A stretch of DNA of 63,987 nt, counting the filler, from Albugo candida (Eukaryota): the NCBI GenBank assembly GCA_040437565.1. It is 18 parts of 18 records of this genome, joined end to end, with 100 filler letters (N's around TTAATTAATTAA, not from the genome) between each part and the next. Parts side by side here need not be neighbours in the genome. Positions count along the whole stretch, not along the records: positions 1 to 3,644 come from JBDOQK010000204.1; positions 3,745 to 7,379 come from JBDOQK010000205.1; positions 7,480 to 11,095 come from JBDOQK010000206.1; positions 11,196 to 14,798 come from JBDOQK010000207.1; 14 more parts are not named here. The stretch is one strand, 5' to 3'. Both the position numbers and the translations under genes were made by a program. Position 1 is the stretch's first letter. Each line of letters begins with the position of its first letter. Shown here one piece after another: positions 1 through 11,196 of this stretch. The notes below the pieces were generated by a model. That model did not search any database and was not told the origin of the DNA. It worked only from the letters and a program-made list of their open reading frames with translations.

Positions 1-789
1 TGACTTCCGCAGAATCGATAACACATCGCAGCAGAAGATCGATGAAGACTTGAGACGAAGCACCAAACTATACATTGTTTGTTATGATGCCCCAATCTCG
101 AACATTACTCTATACAACTCACAATCAACAAAATGCATTCAGCCATCCTTGTGAATAAGACGAGTGCTTCAAGTTGAACACAAAGGATACTAATGCGGTT
201 GCGAGCTGGATTCTTGCGAAGTGGGAAGAAATTTTAGGCACTTTGCTAAACAACGGATTTCTATTTACTTGTTTTTTCCTGGTTCGAATTTGTTACTTCT
301 TTCCAGTTGCTTTGCGATATCCGATCAGCACGGTCGTATCACGTCTGATACGTCAGTCAAGATGGTATATGTAGCATTCGAAAATTTAGTAAGCGCTACG
401 ACACAATTCCAACTAGCACGAAGACAAATGTCATCTGTGTTTCTTGTAAACGTGTTACGCGATTCGTTTAGCTATTCAGGAGGACGATATGTATTTTCAT
501 TCACCACTCTTTGATCCAAATGTTTTGGCAGACATCATTGACCTCACTAAAGTGAGAGGCTTTGATCGAGTAGAAAATGTGTGTCATTCTCGAGGGAAGT
601 TCCCGTGAAGTGTGTATTCACAATATATTAGACCAAAGGAAAGCTGTGGAAAAGTATTTTATTTCTGATACGAACAGTTACAAGGCATTCATGCGCCTTT
701 GAGGTCCATCAAAAAATATCGAGACCAGTCGTAGAATGTGGATGCCTGTAGAATAAATTTACCTAGAAAGCTCTCGTCAGTGGTACATA

Positions 790-3560
790 TCAGTTCCATT
801 GTTTCTAGAGAATCTACCTTATTCCAGGAGCTTTTGGACGAAAAATCTCTTTTTTGTCAGAGAAATCCATTATTTCGTCTGCTATAACATCCTCTTTTGA
901 ACTTTCTCTCAATGCGAACTACATAATCGACATTTTACTGGCATTGTCTTACCACATCTAGAACGATAGTACTTGCACATATCAGTTGAAGCCGTCTATA
1001 TTACTAGAATCAGACTAATTGAATTCACTTGTTGTCTAGGCTAGAACTAGGATATAACAATATGAATATAAGAACCGGTTTATGAAAATACCTTTGAGAG
1101 ATGCTAATATGACTTCTCGGTGATAGCCCTTATTGTGATAGCCTCAGTGCCACCAGAATACGAACCTGTGTCCACCGTGTAAAAATTGTAAATTTTCAAA
1201 GGATCGAAGTTGCAGTTGTATTTCCACTTGCCGGTGACGGCCCGCAGCGATGATCTTCGAATCCTAAGTTCCATCGAATGATTCCTGCGTTGCGAGTTGA
1301 TCCAGCACCTGGGAAAGTCGAATATGTTCGTTGATCGTAACACTGTCTTCCAAAGTACCAAACGTGCGCACTAAACGTAATGTAGATCAATAAAAGTGCT
1401 GGAACTGTTCAAGTAATACTGATCTCAAGTAGAGAGTAACTCTCTCCATAATTGTACTGTGTGATCGCACTCTAAAACGAGATGCTGATCGGATTCCACT
1501 GCCCCACACGAAGACTGCGTGCACAATACAATTTCGGACTCTGCATGCTTTAAAAACCAGTAGAGCTTTGAAAACTGGTAGGACACGTTCTGGAGAAGCT
1601 GTGATGTAGCCAGGAATGTTCCAACTCGTTCTGAATGAATTGCGTCCTATCGTTCCCGCGATGACCAATTTGTCGACATCGAATGACTCTTGCTTGGTCC
1701 GAGAGGTTTCAAGACCATAAGGGTGGGTTAAGAGCGTTAAACCGGTGGGAAATACCGTTTTATCTCCTTCATTTGTATTTCCACATATAAGGATCTACCA
1801 CTTGTGCTTAGTAGTAGTAGTAGTAGTGGATCCAAGTGATCGTCGAATGGATAGGCTATAATATTCGAATGACTTCATTGTGAGGTCTACTCGAGAATTT
1901 TTCCTCAGCCATATCCGATGTAGTAAGCTGTTCCTCGCTGTAATATATGTCAATGAAAGCTTCCTTAGTTGGCGTGGGTCACATTGTAGAAAAATGTCCT
2001 GGAGACTTCGAATCTCGAAGGCTGTAGCAAAGGATTTTCGAAATGTGCGATGTGGTTCGTCTACCGTGACAAGATTGTAACGAAGATTTTGCGTAGTCGA
2101 ATACGAGTATCAGGCTCATAATGCTATTCCTGGTTGCAGTGGAATCACATCGGTTGTTCCATGTAGTATTGACGGCGTTGTTGAGCATTATAATGTGAAG
2201 TTTTAATGCTTCAATCCATCTGAAGCCATATTACAAATGCGTATTTCCACCCAGAAAATTTTCTCTCCCATTGAACCATTTTACTATGTCGATGTGGAGC
2301 GATAGTGAATTTTTCCATCGCCTCGTTTGGTCGAAAGGAAGCTTGAATAAGCTGTGATAATTCCGTCAAAGGAGCTGTCCCTGATGAAGGAATTGGATGC
2401 CTCGTAGGCTCAGTCGCCCCAATAAAAATGAAGCAAGCTGCAGTCCACCACCTTGTCGCCGAAGGTGTCAAAACTGTGTGCAGATAAGGTGAACGTGTTT
2501 CAAATCTTTTTGTATCTCTGACCAAGTACACACCGATTTAGCATCGACTGCCACTATCAAATAGTCTCTGCTGGTATGTCCAAGTGCATAGTGTAATGCC
2601 ACAGAAAGGACAAAATCATCGTATACGCAACAAGTAGTCGACCATGGCAGTTCGTTAACGTCGAAACAATATACCTAACCCATCATAAAATGATTCTTGA
2701 ATGTTAAAATAACCATACCTGACCTACTCCTCAGGACTCTTTATGGTCAAATTGGGAATACGAGGGCCCGGCATGGTGCGAGTCAACAAGAGCAAAGATG
2801 ATTCGCTCAAGTTGAGTTTCGCACCAGATCCATCGCAATAGACTTAAACGGGTTCGGGTTGCGTCAAAACTTCATTTCGTGTCTCTGAAAGCAATGTCGA
2901 ATCGTCCAAAAAATAATCCAGTTGCGACAGTCGTGCCGTTGATCCAAATTCCAAGTTCCTCATGTTGACGAAGTAAATTTTCCAAGTATTCGGTTGTCAT
3001 TAGAAAAAGTAATGCTGAGAGAATATCGCCTTGTACCCCTCCACGTTGTGGTGTAATGGATGGTATAATATTGCCATTGATCAACAGCTGTGCCTTCGTG
3101 TTGTTGTAAAGAAGACGAACCCAGTCGATGAAACTTTTTCCAACGCCCACTTTTTTTAAAAAAACTCGAAACATATACGTCCAATTGACACGATCATAAC
3201 CTTTCTCAGAGTCGACAAAAGTCGCATACGCTTCTTCCCCACGATGAGTGGACAAGTCTTAGATGTCGGTGAGATGTCGAATGCGGTGATGCATCAACCT
3301 CTCTCGCACAAATGCTTTTTGATCTTGATGGATCGATTTTGGCAAAAACCGTTGCAATCGATGCGCCAATAATTTTGAAAGTACTTTCGCATCGACAAAA
3401 AGTAGTACAATCCGTCGATAGTTGCCAGGATCACCTCGTGATCCTTTTTGTATAACAAGGTGATTGCCGAGTGACGTTGTGATCGAAGTAAGATACCTCT
3501 TTCCAACTCATATTCGAGAACGATCTTTAGACACTCGTAAAACATTTCCGGATCAAGCCG
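790..3560 (-). mobile_element. Degenerate 5'-truncated L1/Tx1-type non-LTR retrotransposon (ORF2 RT and C-terminal region, 3' UTR)
   Basis: RT motifs lie in broken ORFs: RSQRHSAITLLYKK (3294-3545) and FVDSEKGYDRVNW...RGGVQGDILSALLF (2872-3255). There are many stops and frameshifts. Nucleotide similarity to the copy at 27277-29414 extends to about 790, and similarity to the 33 kb copy stops at about 3560. Confidence 0.9.
1809..1826 (+). repeat. (TAG)6 microsatellite inside the LINE copy
   Basis: tagtagtagtagtagtag is present here and absent at the homologous position (~28500) of the other copy. Confidence 0.85.
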
Positions 3561-5254
3561 ATCGCCCTAGCTCAGGTGGTTCAGGTAAGGGTGTTCGCAC
3601 GTAGTCCTTCTATCAAGACACCGTTTCTTACTAGTTTCGTGGTTNNNNNNNNNNNNNNNNNNNNNNNNNNNNNNNNNNNNNNNNNNNNTTAATTAATTAA
3701 NNNNNNNNNNNNNNNNNNNNNNNNNNNNNNNNNNNNNNNNNNNNTGTACAATTTTGCGTCTGGCGTCACGCAGCGCATTCGTAGTCGGACAAATTGCCCA
3801 CCTCCTTTCAATTCTCTTGCATGGGTTCTTTAATGGAGATAGCTTCGATGCTGCTGTAGCCAGGTGTCAGATACTTTACACGTTAAGCCTTATTTTCAAA
3901 AGGGGATGTAGAGTCCGGTGTTCATCCAGTCATATGGTCAATTATATCCATAGGATGAGTAAAATAGTATCGATCCATCTCAGTCGTTTGACAAGAGCTT
4001 TCTTGTGTCCGGGCTTTTGGTTTTCTTTTCCTCGAGTCTTGGCATCCAATGGGGTGTATATCAGAATACCACATATACACCCGTGGTAGAAGCAGAAAGT
4101 CGCAGAATCCATAGCTCGACATGCTATCGGCCGCATTGATCACATATATTATATCCTTGGGTACGGTGCCCGTGTTGTTGCCATTTGCAGAGCTGTTCAC
4201 CGCATTTCCGAGAGATAAAAGTTTTTGAAAATGGAATTTTGTCCAGTGTTGGGGAAGAGTATGGGCCTGCACGTTGCTTTATAATCGTGGATTTCGATGC
4301 CAATGATAATGCCATTTACCCTTCTTGATCGCCGACACTGATGATCCTTTCGTACTTTAGTTGGGACCGCTTTCTTGCTCAAAGTGCGTTTGCATTTAAA
4401 AGACATGTAGTCGACGCTCTCTAGTATCGAACTCGATGGATATATATCGCTGCTCATGTGTTTTATGGTTTTCTTGCCATTTTTCCGTGCTTGTTGTATT
4501 CGATTTACCTCCGATCAAAATTGGCAGTTGGTTTGTTGCGTCTCCAAATGGAAGTAGGCCACACGAAAATCACATTCCGAACGATTCTGACGATCGAGTA
4601 GAGAGATTGGGGAAGGCTGTTGAGCTCATTCTACTGGAACTATAGCGGCTTTGACGGAGCTGGAGCCTACGCAGGAGAAATCAAGTCTCCTCGGACCACT
4701 TACCCGCATGCGATGATGCTGACTGTGCTCCGGTTGCTGTCACTTTAGTACCAGAATGTGTGTAGGATAGAGAGATGGACTCTTCCTTCTGGACATGTGA
4801 TTCCTTTCCTGGCAATATCAGGTGTGGATAAGCCCCATCACACCGAGTGGACAGATGAATTGCTACACTGTACTCGCATCAGCTAGACCGGGAAGTTGGC
4901 TGAGTGTAAGGTTTCTCACTCCATAATTGTCTGGGATTTTAGGTCTTTATGTAGCAGAAATGACCAAAGAAGGATTCTGACTGGCAGGAATGAGTGATTC
5001 TGATCAGCGCTTGCCTTCTTTGCTCAGTAGATGAATCATTTGGATGGTTGAGTAATTGTTGTAGGCGAGATGAAACAAGTGAGGCTTCTTGTCCTGCGAT
5101 GTTCTTGTCATTTTGTTTGATTATCGGTCTGGGGTTCTTTGGTTTGATACTATCCAAGGAATTGACAACTTTTACTCAGCATTGGCATCGGTGGTGGAAA
5201 TGTGTGTAGCAGTACGGATGCGAATCTCACATACATAATTGGAGCGTCCATATT

Positions 5255-5818
5255 CTATGCATTGTGGCCACCACGTAATTGTGCACTCGTTCTCTTCTTC
5301 AGCAAAGGAAGCAACGTAATCGAAAGGATTGCTTCGTTTTCGATCTGATGGCTCCCACTTGGGTAAACTTGACAGGAACGAGGCACTTCTCCAGCCCCTT
5401 CTGCAAAGTAGCGCCTATTGCAATCGTTGCAATGCTCCTGTCGGTGATTTCTACATCGCTTACATATGCCGCAATACCGTCGAGGGGTCTTCTCGGCTTC
5501 CAAAAGTGTACTTGTGCACCAGGAAAAGGTATAATGATACTCCAGCTTGTTTCTGGGAGCAAACGAAGACGTATAATCCATGCTTGCGCATCCGTGCAAG
5601 CATTCCTTGACCCGAACTTGACGTTTGTAGCAGGTGAGCGTAAAAGACTCCTGTAAGCGTGATTTCATTATACGGCCTTTGCATGCATTCTTTATGAAGC
5701 AGCTATCGTTTTCAAAATCTCCATATTCACATCGACGAATTGAACGATAGGAAATGGATTCTGACATGACGTACATCGACATGCTGAAGAGCTCATTCCA
5801 TTTGTACTGTTTCGACAA
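5255..5818 (-). pseudogene. Degenerate Cys/His-rich zinc-binding protein fragment
   Basis: YTFSWC...YCGICKRCRNHRQEHCNDCNRRYF resembles an HCxxCxxC...HCxxCxxC cluster with eroded ligands. The upstream frame is interrupted by stops. Confidence 0.35.
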
Positions 5819-7479
5819 ACTTTCACAAAAGTAGGATCCTTCGCCGATAAAGATACGTCATTTCGATCCTGAATGAGCACGCACGTCCTCGGTTCATGAA
5901 AGACTGCTTTCTGTGTCTAAGTATCCAATCAAATCATCTTCTTTCATTTCTCTGCTTCCCTTACTTGTATCACTCCTTCATGTCGGAATTCAAGCTATTG
6001 AGTCATCGTCCATCATATTTTCCCGCAGCTTCATTTGATCGTCAGCAGCTCCACTCTTCTCAACAGAGCCTCAACACAATGGACAGAACCGGTTCAGTCG
6101 ACATCAGCGTCTTCTCTATGTACACGAATTCACTATATCATCCATTACGTAATCGACCGAATTGAGAGATCGATTCACCGCTATTGCTTAAACCAATGAG
6201 ATCGTTGGGGCTCGCAAAAGCTTCGATATGCTCCATTGCATCCATCCCGTAGATGGAACATACGCCCAACTCGTCGCCAAAAGCGATTCTCGCACTGGGA
6301 GCTGCTGTTCCCCGTCCGTGCGCCACAATTACGCGCTTTCTTTCGTTGGTTGCCTTTTGTCTGTTTGGTGGAAAAGTAGATTTTGTGTATTGTTGTTCTC
6401 ACTTGTACTTGATATTATTCCAAGCACATTATTCTGATTCAATGCAACCGAACATAATGTTAGGTGCTGCGTACAACGAAGTGGATGTACTTGTTTCCAC
6501 GAGTTTATAAATTTATTAAATGACTTACACACTTCTTAATGCATGCCTATTATAACTACATATAGAACAATGATTGAGGGAGGCTCCCTTTTAAAGTTGA
6601 TGATGTGTGTTTCTGCTGACAGCCCTTTATTGCGGCTGCCTCATTTGACCAAAATAAAAAGGCTATGTCCACTTGTAATAAATATATAGTCACCAAGAGC
6701 ACCGTATACCCGAAATGATGTTCAGCACACTAAGACGCTATCAGGATCACCGTATACAAATGCTGGCAAACGCTACATGCAAATCATTTACAGGCGACTG
6801 CGACTGCGACTGCATCAGCGTCAAATTACGAGAATGTACAGTAAGCGCGCGACAACTTTAAGTACGGCGATACTCTAAAAAAGATGTAAGAAGCAGTCGA
6901 TGCCGGACCGAGGACGGCCAACCGTTGTGAAACTGTAGGGACTCTATCCGACATATTTCTCGCTTTGCTAACAAGTAAACTGTCTATTGGATTGTTTGCC
7001 TTGTCGTCTATGCTATCTTCAGATTCTTTTTATACAAAAGACGCTGATCTAGTTTCATTGATGCAGAAAATACGTTGCTATGCAGCGTGAAACGTAAGCT
7101 TATGGTAGTGGCGACTTTTATATTGGCGAGCTTGATTATGGCTTCCCTTTACACAATGCCTGACGAAAGCAATTAGATATGACATATACAGCCGCTTACT
7201 ACAGCGAGCAGAGGGCGACAAGCAGCAATGGTAAGAGATGAAGAAGAGACTTCTGATAAGCAAAAGGCACCGAAATGACGTCAGAGAATGTGATAAATGT
7301 ACTCTGAAATAGAATCTGCTGCGCGTAACATACGTCGGGATAGGAAAGGGAATTCAAGATCATTGTAGACTCATGCATTNNNNNNNNNNNNNNNNNNNNN
7401 NNNNNNNNNNNNNNNNNNNNNNNTTAATTAATTAANNNNNNNNNNNNNNNNNNNNNNNNNNNNNNNNNNNNNNNNNNNN

Positions 7480-10400
7480 CTGAATTGACAGTTTTAGCTG
7501 TAAAATCGAAACTGTATTCTGTCTCTTGTGTGTGTTCCGGTATTTGTAATGACTGTAATAATTGATACCTATTTATACTTTCAAAAAAAGAAGTTGACGT
7601 TAAGCAACTGAATGAAGCCGTAGTAACTACTCCAGGATCTAAACCTTGGATCAACACTTTGTTTTTCTTCAAATTTTCTAATGTATTTTGTGGTAAGAAA
7701 AAGGCGTCTGTTGTAACTTTAGATGGCATACGTTGGTTATGCAGTTGTTTATTTATCAGATACATGCGGGATTGCTCCGATTTGATCGACGTATTTAATA
7801 CTTGTAATTTATTGTAAATTTTGTTGCAGTCTGAACGCTTTTCCTTCAATTTCTTGTACAATAATTCATCCCAAACGTTTTTCATTTTTTCTGTTTTACG
7901 AAAAGCCCTACCCACATTCATTCGTTCTGTTTCTTCTTCTGATATGGTTTTTAACAACGAGGCGTACTCTTTTTTCTGAGCCTTAATTGAGGTGCTAATT
8001 TTCATGACTTCAGCTTCCATTTCTTTCTTATCAGCGGGTTCAGTAAGTTGATATTGAGAGGAGGCTGTATTGATAGCAGAGGGTTTTAAGAGATCTTGTT
8101 GGTTTTCAGTCTTCTTAGAGTGAGCTTTCTTCCCAAGAAAATTCAGGTCATATTGGTTGTTATATACAAACGAAAATCTTGGAGTCATATTTTGTTTTAC
8201 CAGTAAAGATTCCACGTTGTTCCAATCAAAAAAGTTTTTGAATAAATTGTGTTTTTCCGAGTCGCTTTTGATTTCATGATAGCTTGTAAAAACAACACCA
8301 TTTTCTTTAAAAATATTATATTCTTTGCAAAATAACAAATATAACGTTTGGTGATTAATGCTAATCCCTGGCGTTGCAGTCTTTTCTTTCACCGGGTATA
8401 ATACTCTTTCACGAAACTTCGTCCTTTGCCCAGCAAATCGAACTAAACTATTTCTTAAATACCGAATTTTGTAACACGTTAAAAAGCTTGCTTGATCGTT
8501 TTCTTTTAAAGAAATGTTTCGAAGCGTGTTGGTAACATTCGTGCAGAAATTTATGGCTTTTTGTGGAATAGATTCTTGCTTGTCCTTGTAGAGTTGACTT
8601 TTAAAGTATTCATGGTTGACGTTGCCAACTATACTTGAGGAATTACACATCATTGATGTAACAGCAATCAAAGCGTTTATCTCTTTAGCAGTAAGATCTC
8701 TCTCCTCCTCATCTTGTACATCCAGTATTTCAGTAGAGGTGGGGACTAAAGTATACTCTTCCTCTTGGTCTTCTTCGTCAGAATCACTAGATATGCCTAT
8801 GTATTTATAATAATAATATTAGAATTTAGTGAAATTTTTCAAAAATACATCTGCCGCAACATACTATCTTTATCACTCTCCTCTTTCTCTGTTTCTTTTA
8901 AAAACGAACGACGATAATCTAATACATTATCACCCAAGAAAATAACTTCCACTTGTTTTTCGATACAATGAATCTTATTCTGGCTTGAGTTTTGAAATTT
9001 TGTTAGTAACTCGAAAAGTACATTCATTTTTTGGGAAAGTGATTGAGCCGCTTTGTTTCTTCTTTTATGTGATTTTTTAAAATCTTCTTTCTTTTTTGTA
9101 TATGTTTTCTTTTTTCTAAAAAACCTTTTTGGAGCTAGGTTAATTCTTAAAATTAAAGTGATAGCTACTCCTAAGTCATGTTTGTACTGATTGTAAGACC
9201 ACATGTTTTCAAAATTAATAAAATACTGTCTACAAGCGGTGGCCAAGCTGGGAGTAGTAACGAAATTGCAAAAGTCATCTTCTTCTAATTTATGAGTAAT
9301 AGCATTCACAACGCTAGAGATTAAATGATTTTATTAGCAAATTATTGTAGTAAAAATGTGTGTGGTACTTACTCGGTACATTTTTCTGCTGATTTTTTCC
9401 CTACACAACGTGACATAATGTTCCAAAATCCATTATAAGAAAAAAGATTTTCCTCTTGGAATGACTGAAGAAAGTTTTTATCGGGAAGAAATAGGTCGAG
9501 GTCGTCTTTGCCAATTCCATGTCCACCAAAATCAATATCAGCTAGACGAAAAAATTCACCAGAATTACTACTGTCTGTAACAATATCGCCTGTAATGAGA
9601 AGATCAATTAAAATTTGAATTGCTTTTGACAGTCCATAGATGGCAGCGTGACAAGATGTTTGTAACTCATTTAAGCGTTCATGTAAAGTGTTGTAGTCAA
9701 AATTTTTGTTGACAACACTTTTCAGTGTTTTACCAACACTCATTAATCTATCATTTTCATAATCATCAATATCTTGTGTTATATCACAAAAAATAATAGA
9801 CTGATTTTCTGCTTCCTCTTCATCCGAGTCTTCCTCAGCGTCAGTACTATTTGTATCATTCAATTCAAAATTTCCAGAAAAAAAATCATTAAGCAAAGTA
9901 TCGATAGATAGCTTGTTGTTGTCTTTGAGAGTGGCAATTTTTCGGTGCAACCACATTGCAGATTGCGGAATGTCTGCAGCACTCATACCTTCAATCTCGT
10001 TGTTCTTCAACATCTGTTCAATTTTCCCTTTTACAACTGGAATAACACCTGTTGGCATTTGTTTGGTAGATAATGTTGATCGAAAATACCTGATTAATGC
10101 AGCATCTTCAGCGTTTCTTCTTCCTGTATTTCTCCGGAGAAAGTTCTGCCATTTAGTTGTATATATTTCGTTCGCCTCCTCCCTCACAAGTCGAATAATT
10201 GTGTCATCCAACCTTTTCCCCAGTTTGTGTTTCTCCTTTGTGACTTTTTTCTCTCCTTCTTCTCTTTTTTTTGCTACGAAATAATCATTCTGGTCGTGTT
10301 CAACTTGGTGCTGTTCTGTTATATCTTTTTTCATAGGCTTTTTGTAACATTTAAGAGGGTAATAAGTTGTGTTATTAATATAAGAATCCTTGTGTTCCAA

Positions 10401-11085
10401 AATGTAGAAACAAGGTAACGAATCACGAGATAATATATTTTCAGCTGAATATACAGCAACAGGTTTGGATCTTGTAGAAAAAAGTAAGATTTTGCATTGA
10501 TATAGTTGACATATACCATATACTAGCATTCTTCCTTCAACGTTAGCGGCGCTTCCAGAAGCGATATTAGAATGCATCGTCATAATACGTTCAGTTTGGT
10601 TCGAGTTCAAAAGTTTGGCGATATGGCGACTGCTTACGTGAGTGGGTTGTCGGTCTTTTGAACCATAGCTTACTTGACAAACTTTTATATTGTACTTTTT
10701 GAGGTTTGCGGTGGTTTGAGCCAAGCTTTCTTGAAACGTTCTTGTTTGAAAACCAGTAAAAGCATCCTTGAACGAAGCTATGCTTGTATCGTCTTTTTGG
10801 TTGGGAACTTCAATTTTGTTGTCAAGATTTATCCAAGAAAATCGTAAAATTCCTTCAGGCAAAGTTCCTTTTGTTTGAAATGTTATGAGTATCTTGTTGA
10901 GTTGTTTTCCTATTAGTATAATAATATAGTTAAACTTACCCTGAGAATATCGTTTTCTTTTACCTATGTAATTACATAAAAAATAGAAATCATCAGCTTA
11001 GGTTAGGTAGAGAGTGAAATGCAAATAACTTACTTGAAATCTGCACCCTGTCTTCTTCTCTGTCGGGCTTCGATCTTCTTTTCAT
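7480..11085 (-). CDS. Large Fanzor (TnpB-like RuvC) protein, 5 exons, 3'-truncated by the contig end; >1,112 aa
   Basis: Exons 11085-11034, 10963-10940, 10867-9373, 9313-8865 and 8796-7480 are joined by four GT-AG introns (70, 72, 59, 68 nt) that keep one reading frame. There is an in-frame TAA just upstream of the ATG. The N-terminus MKRRSKP...SKRKRY is NLS-like. Fanzor1-like segments: MSVGKTLKSVV, NFENMW...LILRINLAPKR, VLYP...ISINHQTLYLLF, FKNFFDW and FSFVYNNQYDLNFL. The RuvC-I motif LIQGLDPGVVTTAS has its Asp codon at 7637-7639 (about residue 1060). Confidence 0.75.
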
Positions 11086-11196
11086 ATGTTATCGTNNNNN
11101 NNNNNNNNNNNNNNNNNNNNNNNNNNNNNNNNNNNNNNNTTAATTAATTAANNNNNNNNNNNNNNNNNNNNNNNNNNNNNNNNNNNNNNNNNNNNA

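Noticed and set aside
3745-5250. Overlapping minus-strand ORF fragments
   Set aside because: No family could be recognised, and the frames are broken by stops.
7480-7700. omegaRNA or element end for the Fanzor candidate
   Set aside because: The contig ends about 50 codons after RuvC-I, so the 3' region where the guide RNA would lie is not in this window.
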